DNA from: Yuukianura sp. NJ FZ-2021
Lineage: Eukaryota
Assembly: GCA_046563655.1 (NCBI GenBank)
Contig: CM102287.1
Coordinates: forward strand, 4,340,001-4,404,000
DNA: 64,000 nt
Direction: 5' to 3'
The translations under genes and the position numbers were made by a program. The notes below the pieces were generated by a model, which did no database searches, had not been told where the DNA came from, and saw only the letters and a list, made by a program, of their open reading frames with translations. Below, piece after piece: positions 14,657 to 27,283 of the stretch. Within the stretch, counting starts at the first letter, position 1, and every line of letters begins with the position of its first letter.

Positions 14657-17600
14657 CAAAAAAAGTTTTAGACTTTTGGAAACTTCAACTCAGCAGATTT
14701 TCAAACTTCGACATGAAAAAAAAGACACAAGCGCAAGATCAATTCAGACTTTTGTTTCAACTCTTGTTCAAGGCTAAAAGGAAGCTTTTTCGAAAAAAAT
14801 GACTTTTTGAAAAAAAATTTTACAATTTAAAATAGAACTGTGGGGTATTCTGAATTTTATCAAAACTTCCAAACAAAGGTAGTCTAGCACTTTGATTTTC
14901 GATTTTTGAAACGAAAAGTAAGAGATTTTGTTTAACTTTGAAGCCGGTTGAAAGAAAACTAATACAACAGTATGCCTCAAATTTCAAAATTTTGAAAAGA
15001 TTCTATATAGATCCGGTCTGCCATTTTTGTCCGCCTTGAGTTTTTCAAAAAAAATTTCTTCTCGTTTTTTTTTTTGAAAATTGTTTGGTAGGGATGTAGT
15101 GGAGAGGAGGTTCATAAATGAATCAAGAGGACAAACGGAGAAGGTGACGCCCTCAAATTACAGACAGGCATGAAAATCGAAGACGGTGGGACATTGTGGT
15201 GGGGCTCCGGTGGGGCTGTTTTTTACGAACGAGTTACAAGAACCCGTTTGAATTAAATTATGCACAGAGTTTATGAAGGTGTGGCTCTGTTCTGGTGGAG
15301 GACAACCCAATCGATAACCTCTGCCAACTTTACACCAATTTCAAAAGTCCCCACGCTCATCTTTTATTCACCAAACGAAAAGAGGACACGCTTAGAAACT
15401 TCACAACTATCCAATGCACAACAGAACAATCAAATTAAACTTTTACTTTTACCCGCTTTTCACAAAAACGAAAAAAATGGAGAAAAGTTTTTACTTTTTC
15501 GGTTTTTTAAAAAACACGACTTTCTCTCTCAAACACTGTAATTTCAGAGTGCCAATTATCTTAGAAAGAGGACACTTTCTGAAAAAGCGAAATTTTTTGA
15601 AGAATTTTGTTTAACCCTACGTCGAAAATCAACTTAAAAACTTAATTTCGAAATTTAAAAAAAAAATTTCTTCAAGTTAAGTTAAGTTGTTCTACCTACC
15701 AAAACGCTACCAAAATGAAAGTCGAATTTGAAATAGGGAAAGATGAGGAATGTTAACCTTGTTCTGTGTTTCAAATTTTGACAAAAAATGATTCGTTTTT
15801 CAAAACGGATGACTGGATTTTTCACAATTTTGAATTTTGAAACAAGTTTGTTGAAAATGCACATTTGTAATTTTACTTTTAAAAAAAAAAAAAGTAATTA
15901 AACACACGAAAAATCGCAATTAGCTAATCTCAAGCAAATTTGCTTTTTCCAGTAGTTCATTTCAAGGTGCTTTCTCCACCTACTCCACAAATGTTGCTCA
16001 AGTTTACACAAAATGCACGCAAACTAAGCTTTTCTTTTTCATTTCAACTTATTTTCAAAAATGGCATTCTTTGTATAAAAATACACTTTTTTTTGAAAAA
16101 CCTAATTTAAGTTAACCCAAAGTTCGAACTCCAAGCCTAACCAGTAAGATTTATGACTTTGATAGTTACTCCCTCCACTGTTCAAATAAACAAGATAAGA
16201 TTTGATTAGGAAATTGCATGTTTCACTCAACTTTCTCCTCTGTGCAACAAGGCAAATGCTCACAACATAATGCAAAGTCAAAAATGAAATTTCAAAATAG
16301 CATTTTTCATTTTGAAATCAGTTTTTTCTTTCAAAATTTTGATTTGAGCGTAACTTTTTGACTGTTCTGGTGTATGCAGAATGGAAAGAAGTGTAATAAA
16401 AGAGTTTATGAGCGGAATAATTTTATTGACATTTTCATACTTGCTGCCTACTTCATGCACTTGTGTAGCAAGTAGCATGTTAGTTGCTGTTTAATTGCCA
16501 ATTTACTTCTCAATTATTCTCATGCACTTGCAATTAAATCACAATTAAATTACAATTAACTTTACAATTAGACTCATCTTCCAATTTACAAAATTTACAA
16601 ACGCCACCACTTTACATAGTTACTCCCCACAACCTCAAAATTTCAAGGAAACTTTAGGAATTTCATTCACAATTTCTGCACTTTCCGTTTGAGCCAACAA
16701 TTTGCACTTTGCATGCAAATTGGAATTTGCAACTTTTGGCACCCAAATTTGTTTTTTTGACAAATAAATTGGCAATAATTTAAGAGTGGCTCATCAACTC
16801 CTTGAAAAAAGAAATTGACCTTTCACCATATCCTGTGTTTTAGTTGAAGCTGTTGCATGTGGCACTTGCATGTGAAGCCATAATTGGGCTACTAAAAGCA
16901 GCAAGCAGTTTAGTAGTTCAAACTTTTGCAAACAAATAAACAACCTGTCCAAGATTCTTACCCAAAATTTACGAAATTTCTGTGCAAATAAGTCAAAATT
17001 TGTCAAAAAGTTAAGTGTGAAAGGTTATTTCAGAGGGAAGGAGAGTTTTTCATTGGCGGATGAGCAATTGAGAGAAAGTTGGGGGCATGGTGAGACGGCG
17101 GACACTTGAATCAAAGCGGCTTCTGTGGAAAATTAGTAGGAAATTAGCGAGTAACCACTTAACCACTTAACCACTTTATTTACACGCTTAATTGAACGCA
17201 ATTCGTCTCACTTTTATACCGCCAACACTCAAAAAACTTCACGCCAATTTCGCCTTCAAACGCTCTGCTTCCGTCTTCAACTCAAAATGTCTTCATCGCC
17301 ATCAAAATTTTTAATTTCGAAAACCGAGCTGTTTGTGCAATTTTTTCTAAAGTTCGCATTGCTTCTAAAACTTTCTCGTTTTTCAAAACTATAGCAATGT
17401 TTCTTAAAAAACTAAATTAAATTTTGGTTTCTGTGTTTTGGCGAATGGAGAAGAAAAAGAGTCAAGAGTCAATCAACGAGTCATTTGCCTTAGGTTTTTG
17501 TTTGAAAATATTGAATTTGTAACAGTTTTAGGTTAAATTGCTTTAGCAAACATAACTTTAGATAGATTGGTTAGGTTAGTAGCCTAGTCAGCATATGTTA

Positions 17601-18049
17601 GGTTAACTTTGTGTTATTAAGCTAACCAAGACGGCGGGAGACTTTGAACTATTCCTTGGTCTGTGATTGGGGAACCTTGTGGGAAAGAATCCTCCTTGTG
17701 AACACTCCCTTCTTTTTCAAAAGGATTTTTCCACCTTTTCCTGTTGGGTGGGAATTACTTTCACAGGGGAAAAGCGAAAATGTAGAATCGATATTGGGCT
17801 TAAGTGGGACAAGAACCCACCAGCCCCACCGTGGTGGGGCTATATCTACTCCACTAAAACCAGGTGATAACATTTTCATCGTTCCCACCATCTCAAAGCC
17901 GCAATTTGCAAAAATTCTGCAAAGAGAAATATTTTTCTACAAAATTTTTGCCATTTGCTTTCTCTTTTTTCTCACATTGCCCCAGAAAGAAAATTCTGAA
18001 ATCCAAAAACTTTTCTTGCTCAAGACCCAAGGCTAACCTCTAAAGAAGC

Positions 18050-18063
18050 GTTGCTATAGTAAC
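18050..18063. promoter_or_regulatory. Candidate RFX X-box (GTTGCTATAGTAAC)
   Basis: Second near-palindromic X-box, 13/14 identical to the one at 14643, about 3 kb upstream of the homeobox ATG. Confidence 0.4.
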
Positions 18064-21009
18064 CCAACTAATTCCAGTAGAAAACATTTTCACACTTTTC
18101 GAAATTGATTTTTTTTAAAGGCTTATTTAACATGGGAAGTTTTTTTTTTAAATTTTGGTGAAAATTTTGTTCTGGAATGGCAAATACACTTGAGAGTTGT
18201 TTTGGGTGCATCATAAGCATAAGGAGCCTTGCATGTTAAAAATTCCTTTTGGAAAATGTATTTTCCACAAGAGTTGTTGCGTGTCTGACTTCCGCCCTCT
18301 TCTGCCTCGGCGTTTTCGGCTATTCTGACTTTTGGACTTTAGAACACGTCACGGATTTCCACGGGACGGCCATTACGCAAGTCCGTGGAAAACTATGGAC
18401 ACGCACCCTTAATACCACAAACACGAAAGACAATGGAGAACATGGACATGCCAAAGATCTTGATTCTGGATAAGATCAAACCGCAGCATCCAACTACTCA
18501 AAAACTTCTTTTATTGGATACGGTTCGCACGTTTTTGGAGAAATTTTATGCAAAGACTTCATTAGTAAGATGAGACTAAAAATTGCAATTAGGCACCACA
18601 AAAACACTAAAAACTACAACAAAAAACTTAGTTTTTCTTCTTCTTCATTTTTTTTTTTCGAAAACTCCCACCAAATTAATTTGAACTTTCGCTGATCTCA
18701 CCTTATGTGACCTTGACCTTGACATTTTCACTTTCACATCACAAAAGGAATCAGAGGAAGCCGAAATTTTTTCTGAACCTAGAAATTACTTGATTTTGGG
18801 TTTGATGAAGAACGAAACTTTTTAGAAAACGTTTTTCAAGTTGAAATTTTGATTTAAATTTTTCCAAAAAAGTGTCAGATGCGTTCTGGAGGGATGTGGA
18901 CAGAGTCAAGTCTTTGGGTTGACTGAAAAGTCCCTTTTTAGTGCGTTCGCTAGTGGAGGTTCGGGAAAATGTTTTAAAATTGCATATAATCAGTTGGCCA
19001 ATTTGAGCCTCATTTTCCTGCCAACGGGGTTATTAGTGAACCACAGTTTTTATTCCAAAGGCATCACTCTTACAGTCTCTTCTGGAGTATTTATAGGCCT
19101 AGCCTAACCATAACCTAACGCAACCTAACTAACCTAACTCACTCTTGCTCTTAGGAGAAGCCAGATGCTGAGCCTTAGCCTAATCGAGACCAGTGCTCAG
19201 TCGACGGACCAATTTTGAAGTAATTGCACCAATTTTCTAAAACCTCACGGTCCAAATTAAACTCAGAGTCATCAAACGAATCTGTTGCTTCCCTCAAACA
19301 ACTTTCTTCCTCTCTTCGTTTTTTGAGATTTCCAGTTTCAAAAAAGTTGAATGTTTTTCAAAATTTTGGAAAAAGTGCTTTCTCCTTCTCATTGATGCAT
19401 GTACATGTTAGCTATTTCGAAGAAAGTAAGTGGATAGCCTCAAACTCTCAAAAACTAGAAATGGCAGCAAAGCAAGGCAGCAAAAAAGAAAAAAGTTTAT
19501 AAAATGCTTTCAAAATTTTCAAAATTCAAGTTTCGAAAAACTGAAATCTTAACTTCGTTTCGGGATTTTCAATTTGGACTCTGGACTCTGGACTAACTGG
19601 AGAACTGAGCCAATCCAAGTAGAAAGTAAAATGTAACCCAAAAATTTCTCTGGCATTAATATTAAAAGTCGAAACGAGTGATGTTTTTTTCTTGTTCAAT
19701 TTTTTTTTGAAAAGTTGCCACTTTTTTGAATTTGAAAAAAGTTGATGTTTGACTGCATTGTTTGTTGAACCAATTGAATTTGAGTGAAAACTTAATTAGG
19801 GTAGTCTTGTTTCCTTGTCAGGCAAAGGAGACAGTTGAGCTGTCAAGATCGGTTCATCCCACTAGCAAGGCAGAAGCACAGCTCACACAGCAGTCTAGCA
19901 CATCTCTATTTTCAAAATTCAAAATTTCAAACATTTAACAAAAAACTCTAAGCAATAATTTCAATAATGTTACTTTTTCAAATAAAAAAGCAAACTGAAA
20001 ATCAAGTTCACACTTAAACGTTGTCCAACAAATTTCCAACTCCGAGCAACCGAAGTTTTTTGAATGTGTTCGACAGTTATTTCGGGTGGGAGTACGGAAA
20101 CTAAATGTTGACCTTGTTGTTGTCGACCTTTTTGCGTACCCTTAAGTACCCATGGCCGACAGGAAGTGGAGGAACCCTTCAAGTCCCCCTATAATCATCG
20201 ACATCAAGTGCATTATCATCGTACGGGTTTAATTGGGGTTTGGGTTCTTCGAACGTTGTTGTTATTGATGAGTCGACTGGTAAGCTGACCTCAAAGGTCA
20301 ACAAATGGCGCCAACCTGGACAGGTTTTCAAAAAAACCGAAAACCCCGCTCTTTTTTGAAAAGAGTGAAGATGCTGGTGCATCTTGGAAGTGAGTGTGTC
20401 TCCCCTGGGACATCTTGTGGAGGAGCTAATTGCGTAATCCGAGCTGAGAGCCAATTACGACCACTTTGGAGGGTGTGAAAGTTGACGCTCATTATCTCAC
20501 CATTTTGCAATCATTTATCCTCTCGTTCCCCTTCATTAACACACAGACAAATTCTGTTCAGTCACATATTTACTTGCCAAGAATTCCACCGGATATAACC
20601 TAATGGTAGCCTAATCCTAACCTAACCAAAAAAATGTAACATGACATCTTAGGCGACATAACGAGGCGTAGGCGACACTTCAACATTCGGAGATTTCAGT
20701 TTCTCTAATTTTAAAATGATGTTTCTGTCTTTCCGTTTCCTCCGAAGTTTAGTCCCAATCCGGGTCAGTTCTTACCCGACTCCCGACCAATTATCACTCT
20801 TTCCCTACTTTTCAAAAAAAGTTCAAAATTTTGAAAACTTAAATGAAATATTTCAACTTCGAATTTTGAAAATTCAGAAGATTCATAGCCAGAAGACTTT
20901 CCATCTCTAGTGACCAACAAATCCCACCAAAAAAACTAGGAATTTCGTATTTCATTAAACCTTCGTTTAGTAAAATTTTGAAAAGAGTTGAAGGTTTTCA
21001 CTTTTGGAA

Positions 21010-22549
21010 ATGGACAGAAGAGCATGTGATTTTACAATTGACAATTTACTGAAAGTTGAAAGTAGAAGTGAGAGGTCAAAGGTCACGGGCACTTTGAGTG
21101 TTGCAGATTCAACAGTTATGGTGGAAACAGACGAAGGTCAAAGGTCACCAGGAGATGAACACTGCACTGAAGACGATAACGAACAACCAGAACTAGATGG
21201 TTAGAAAAATTTTTTTGAAAATCACATTTTCAAAAAACCGAATTTCGAAAACTTTAAAGTTAACTTCGACTGATTTTTCTCCCGCTTAAAAGTTAAGTTG
21301 AAAGTTAAACTTAAGTTTTAATACTCCTACAGTTAGGTTGCCTATACTAGCTTGGTGTCTGATAGCAGTATAAAGGTCGTGAATATAAAATTTAAAAATT
21401 TAGAGTTCTTATTTCTTAAAAAAAAAATCGCCGTTTGTTTTTGGAAATTTTGAATTTTTTGTTTTGTTTTGGAATTTCAACATCCCAGTTTCTGTTAAAA
21501 TGATTGCATTTGAGAAATGAAGTTGCCTAAAATGAAGTGCGAAAAATGTAATTACGGATTCCTGATGCTAAGTAATTAGTAATTAGACAACACGAATTAA
21601 TTACACTCCCAAGTGAATTACACCGCAAATTCAAACACCATTGTTCTCTTTTTAAACACCACGCCCTTCATTTTCCAGCGTCGAGGAATTTTTAAGTGAC
21701 CAGGGGCTCGTTTTTGAAAATTTTCAATTTTGAAAAGTTTTTTTTCAACTCCGCCCCCTTTTCGAGCTTGTAATGAGGTTCGTTTTGGCTCGAGTGAGGA
21801 AGCGTTAATTTTGCACTGAAGAGTAATGGAGACGTGCACTAATGAGGCTGAGATGGAGGATATTTACGTGCTAATAAAGTGACACAAACCATCTGCCGGG
21901 ACTCTCAAATTTACGACTACGAGCAGTCCCCAGAGACTCATTCATTTCAAATTTTAAAAAAGATTTTCAGTTTTCAAAAAAAAAAGTGTTTTTTTTAACT
22001 TTTGAATTTGAACAGAACAGTCCAAGGAAGAGAGGAAGAAGCGACCGAGAACAGCATTTACGGCTGCGCAAGTGAAAGCACTCGAATCTGAATTTGAGCG
22101 GAACAAATACTTGTCGGTAGCCAAGAGATCACAACTGGCCAAGAGTCTCAAGCTGACCGAAACGCAGGTCAGTGACCTTTGACCTTGAAAATTTTTCAGA
22201 ATTGACCTTTGACCTCTGACCTTTACAGATCAAGATCTGGTTCCAGAATAGACGGACGAAGTGGAAGAGGAAGTACACGAGTGAGCTGGAAATGGCGGCT
22301 CAGCAGTACTACTCCGCCATGGGCCTCGTATCTTCTCGTCCAATGGTTCTGGGTGACAGGCTATGGCTTTTTCCGAATGCCACCGCGGCCCCACCATTTG
22401 CCCCACCACAGTCACAAAGGCCCCACTTTCCTGCCCCATCACCAAACGGCCACCACCAGCTCCATCATCCTTCCGTTGCTAATCCGTTTTCAAACAACTC
22501 GTTTCCCGGGAGTCAACGAAATTCAAAATCGGAAGAAGACGGACGCTGA
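21010..22549 (+). CDS. ANTP-class NKL homeobox transcription factor (BarH-related; possibly the invertebrate Bari family)
   Basis: Exons 21010-21199, 22016-22167, 22229-22549 join in frame through GT-AG introns. N-terminal eh1-like motif FTIDNLL. Homeodomain [60 protein letters not shown], with the common intron between Q and I before WFQN. AATAAA near 22752. The family assignment is from memory and tentative. Confidence 0.93.
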
Positions 22550-23123
22550 TTCAAAATTATCAATTCACAAGAGTGTAACCATTGTAACTTTGAGAAATGG
22601 TTACAGTAGAGGTTACACCGATTGGGTTACGATGGTTATACAATAGTTTGCAATTGAAGTTACCACCAACAGTTACCTTAGCCAAAGAGTCTTTACTATA
22701 ATTTACTTTGAGTTACACCTTTTAGTCCGTTTTTATATTTCAATCATTTTAAATAAAATTTTACTTTACAAAATTACCAGTTTGGTGCATCTGGTGTGGG
22801 TATTTTGCAAATTTCAAAGTTGTTGTTTTATGTGACCAATGACCATGATCTTTTTCTTTTTTAAAAAGTTCAGGGACGGGGATTCGATCACGCGTCCCCC
22901 TTGCCCTCTGTCTGAAATTCCACAAAACCGAAATTCGGATCGATACTGAACAGGCGGGAGAGTCCTAAAAACTAAAATCTCTAATACGGAGAAGCGAAAA
23001 GCCAAAACAAAAACTTCCACGTCGCAGTGTTGTTCTACTTTTGAAAATTTTAGTCCAAATTTTAGAAATCCTTAGAAAAGCTTTCCAAATTTTCTAAAAG
23101 CAAAGTTCAAGGCCTACCGTTAA

Positions 23124-23977
23124 ATGGATCGTCAAAGTCCTCTTGTTCTTCGGAAGCAACAGTCCCTAGATGCCATTGAACTCAACAAGGTAAACAATTT
23201 GGAAATTTCAAAGGGCACGCCCTTTTTTAACAAGAAATAATTTTGGCTCCGAATGAAGTAATCTAGAAAAAACAAAACTACAACTTAATGGCTGATTCAG
23301 TTAAAGTTATATTCAATTCAATATGTTCAATTCAGTTAAATGGTTTTTCAAGAATTCTCAAGTTTCTAACAAAAATCAATTACTATTTTCTTTAGGCTCT
23401 TTTTTTTTTTAATTTTTTTTTTGAAATTCAAAACCCAGCCTAACCATTTTTTAAATTCCGAATTGTACAACTATTTGTTTTAAATTTTGTTCTAAATCGC
23501 AGGCCTTCTCGAAAGCGGCTCAACATACACGTTTGATGGTCCAGAAAAAAGTTTTGAATCCTGAAGAAGTGGTGGCTCTGGACGCAATGTTTCGTCAAGC
23601 AACAATGGGAGACGGAAGTGCCTGGGCCCTTTTGAGTAAGTACTTCAAATTTAACTTTACTAAACTAACTAACATTAGCATGACCATAACTTGACCCCAA
23701 CATTCAAATGGTCAGTTTTGGTCACAAGTTTGAGCGTCTGTACTGAGAAGGGTGTGTGGTTGGTACCCTAGGGGACCCCAAGTTCATGGTGGACGCCAAA
23801 ATTTTGGCGACGAACGGCGCCTGGACGGCGAACCGCGGAATGGACCGTGAAACCGCGAAAAGAGAGTACTTGGACATGGTGGAGCGCATGCTGGTCAAGT
23901 ACCACGTCGTTCCACCGCCCAGCCGAGCCGCCAGCGTCTGCTCCGTCTCAACCACATACACTGACCTACCAAACTAA
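23124..23977 (+). CDS. Divergent acyl-CoA-binding protein (ACBP/DBI)-like protein
   Basis: Exons 23124-23189, 23503-23635 and 23772 (or 23751)-23977 splice in frame: MDRQSPLVLRKQQSLDAIELNK|AFSKAAQHTRLMVQKKVLNPEEVVALDAMFRQATMGDGSAWALL|RDPKFMVDAKILATNGAWTANRGMDRETAKREYLDMVERMLVKY... This matches the ACBP pattern F.KAA...(Y/F)(K/R)QAT.GD...AW...G...E.A...Y...V. The exon-3 acceptor is ambiguous. Confidence 0.8.
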
Positions 23978-25929
23978 AAAACTCAAAACAGAGGTCATTA
24001 CATTGTTTCCACTTTGGCAAAATTCAACATTTTGCGGAAATTCGCAATGTTGCAGAAATTTGCGTCCTTGCTGCTGCCTTGGCTTTCGTGCTCTTCGAGA
24101 TTCACTGTTATGGTAAAACCATCAGTGGGTTCCATCTAACAATCATCTCACACATCTCTTCTTACTCTTCTTCCTTCATCTTTACCTAGAGATCACACTT
24201 TATGCTTAATCCATCTTCAAATCCCATTTTCAAGAAGATCTTTTCAAAAGACGTTTCAAAATTTTCTCAAAATTTCAAATGAGCTTGTGCTGAACTAAGG
24301 CGCCAAACACGATGTTATGCGTTTGATCAGAGGTCAAATCCCCTTATGCCGCCTTTAGGTTGTCGAAGGATACATGTGCAACGTCTTCATCTCAAATTTT
24401 AGTTAACGTAAAGTGGTGCTGCAGTCGTTGTAACCACTGTGGTTGTAACCATTTTGGTAACCACCGGATGGTTACAACAGGAAAGAAATTTATATGACGT
24501 CAGCATTCCACTCAATGGTTACAAAGGTGCGGCAGAAGTTGCACTGTAGTTACAACAGATGCAATTTTCGTTTTGCTCAAAATTTTAGGAACCTTTTGAA
24601 TTTTGATTGTTCTAACTATGTTTGTTTTTAAAGTTAGACTAATTTGGCCTAACTTAACTATGTTTAGATTAGTTTTTGTTAGTTTTTGTTATTAATGGTA
24701 TAATGATAATTGCGGAGAGTGAAAGTGGGCTGAGAGTTTGCTAATTGGAAAACCCTGTGATTGACAGGTAGTGAATGAATGACTTATGAAGATGATTTTG
24801 GCTATTAATAGACTGCCGTGATGATGCTCTAGGCTACGAAAGTCAATTTGCTTTTGTTACTAAGGCTAAGCCTAATGGAAAAAACTAACTTTCCATCTTT
24901 TCCCAATTGAAAGTGACGTCCAAAGTTAATCTTGTGGGACAATAGAAACGGTTAATTAATAATTGACACTCTACATCCGTCTTCTCTTCACCTGTACCTG
25001 CAAAGGAACAATATTAACAGTAACTCAACTAAAAGTTAACTTACAAACATAACCTTAACTTGATTCCGAACCTAACCAACATAATATTCCTACATTCCAT
25101 CCTGAATCCAACCAAAAGCTATGCTTAAAATTAATGTTCAGCCTAATTCACGTTAGGTTTTGTTACCTAATCTAATTAACCTAACGTTAACACAAAAACT
25201 GTTCTACAAACAACCTAACTTTGGCCTAAATTTCAATCTTTCTCTTTTATCTTTTTCAATAAAATCGTCTTTTGCTCATTCAACTCTTTCTTTCAAAAAT
25301 TCATTTCGCTCGAGATTTTCGCAAAATTTCATGCAAAATTTAAATTCTTTTGCAAATTTCATTGCAGAATTTGAAGAATTCTTTACACACTCTTTGAGCA
25401 TAACCAAAATTTCAAATATTCCAAATCTGTCGGCAGTTTAGCAGCTCTGGTAACAACATTTTAGTTTCAAAAACTTCTGTCCAAAGTTAAAACTTCATAA
25501 GATGTCGTCGTCATCCAATCTGTCGATTTTTATGCACATTCAACGTTGTCAAAGTTTGCAAAATTCTTTCACGGAGCCAATTTTTGTCAAAATTTTTGCG
25601 AATTCAGTTTTTTTTTAAACGTAGTGGGCAGAGCAGTGTGGTTTAAGTAATGGTTTTAACCTCGTTTGGCGTTCGTCTGAGCTTCAGCTGGTTTGAGCAT
25701 GTCTACGCGATATGTTGGTCATCGAAGCTGAAACTTTAACCTAGAGAACGGAAGATGAAGAGAGGCTGTGATCTGTTGATTTGAATACAATGGAAGATGG
25801 AGATGGTTCTTTTGATGTGGGTTGGATGAGCAACGAAAGAGAGATTTCAATTTCCCACCTTGAGACTCACCTCTACAAGTATCTATACTGCTGCCCACTG
25901 CCCAAAAATTGAGGTGACATAGAAAATTT

Positions 25930-25970
25930 TATAAAAGGACCAACCACGGATTTCACTCACGTCTTCAGTC
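25930..25970 (+). promoter_or_regulatory. Possible TATA/Inr core promoter of the glycogenin-PKS gene
   Basis: TATAAAA at 25930 followed by TCACT (25953) and TCAGT (25965) Inr-like motifs; spacing only approximately canonical. Splice donors follow at 26213 and 26333. Confidence 0.3.
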
Positions 25971-27283
25971 GTTGGGCCCAAACTCAGCGACTACTATTTC
26001 AGCGATTTCCAAAAATAATACACGAATAGTGACGACTTTAGGCTAAAACAGTGGAATTGTACCCCACAGACTTTCTACTTGTCCCCACTGGGTCAAAGGT
26101 CAACAACCTTTCAGCCCTGGTCGGGTCAAAGGTCAACGACCAGCCAAAGTTAACAAAGCGCTTCAAGGAAAAAAAAGTTCTACAGAAAAGTTTTTAGAAA
26201 GTTTGCAAAATTGTAAGTTCGGAATACTTCGCGTGTTGTTCCATTTTGCGTTGGAAATCAAATCGTAAATTTCTTCAAAGTTGAGCGGGGTACTTGACCC
26301 CTTGACCCCTGGGGTACTGACCACAATGAAAGGTAATTCAAAATTATGCTAACTGTTGTAACTTATCCCTATTTAATTAACACAATCTTAATTAACTAAC
26401 CTATTTATATCAAACTTAGTTAGTTCTACCGGAAGTTTAAATTTGACTCTTCACCTTTGACCTTTAAGACATTAAAAATTGACCTGTGACCTCGGGTGTA
26501 TCGCACCGTAAACAAAAGTTTAAATTTCCCATTTCACTGCCGTGGTTTTTTCATGTCAAGATTTTACCTAATATTAATGATACTCATAGATTGTCGGTGT
26601 TGGATCTGGTGAATGTACTGGGTTGTTGGTATCTTTTTGAAATTTGGATTTCAAAATTTTGAAAATTTGAAAAGGTCGAAGGTCAAATGGATGATTTAAA
26701 GTGGATTTTGAGGTTTGCGCTTTCTTTTTCCGTGAGTTTCCGGCTCAACCTGTTTCTTTGTGTGTCTTTTTCGTTTTTGGAAAGGGTTGTAGCCAAAAAC
26801 TGGTTTCTGGTTTTGCAAATTATTCGCACTAGTTGCTCATTTGCACATGCAATTTTTGGGATATTGAATCAAAGGAAGTGGAACAACAGCCACAGAACAT
26901 GCAGGGACCATAAAAACACGAATTCATCGTTGGGTACTTGACCAGAAACTTTCATTCTGCTCCAAATTCAAACCTACACAACTTTTAATTGTCTTTGGAA
27001 AGTTTCATTTCACAATACAAAGAAATAAATATAGACGAACAAAAGATTTCTTCAGATTTCGTGATCTGCAGATCAGAAATTCTTTCCTGATGAAAACTAG
27101 AGATTAAGTTAGGAGAAATTGCGAAATTAAACTGCGAATTCCTAAATCTGCAAATCTTTAGCAAACTTGGTGAACCAAAAAATACGCTACTTGCCTTGCA
27201 AATTCCAAAATTGGCAACAAATGCAAATCCTGAAGTGTGAAATTTCGCACCTTTTCTAAGCTGTGTCGCTTCTGTTTACATTT

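Noticed and set aside
1..21000. Many 60-130 aa ORFs in the first 21 kb
   Set aside because: F/K/L-rich translations typical of AT-rich non-coding DNA, with no recognisable domain or consistent splice chain.
22574..24480. GTAACC/GGTTAC motif clusters at ~22574-22650 and ~24428-24478
   Set aside because: Short imperfect inverted repeats with no definable element or structure; cannot be distinguished from low-complexity background.
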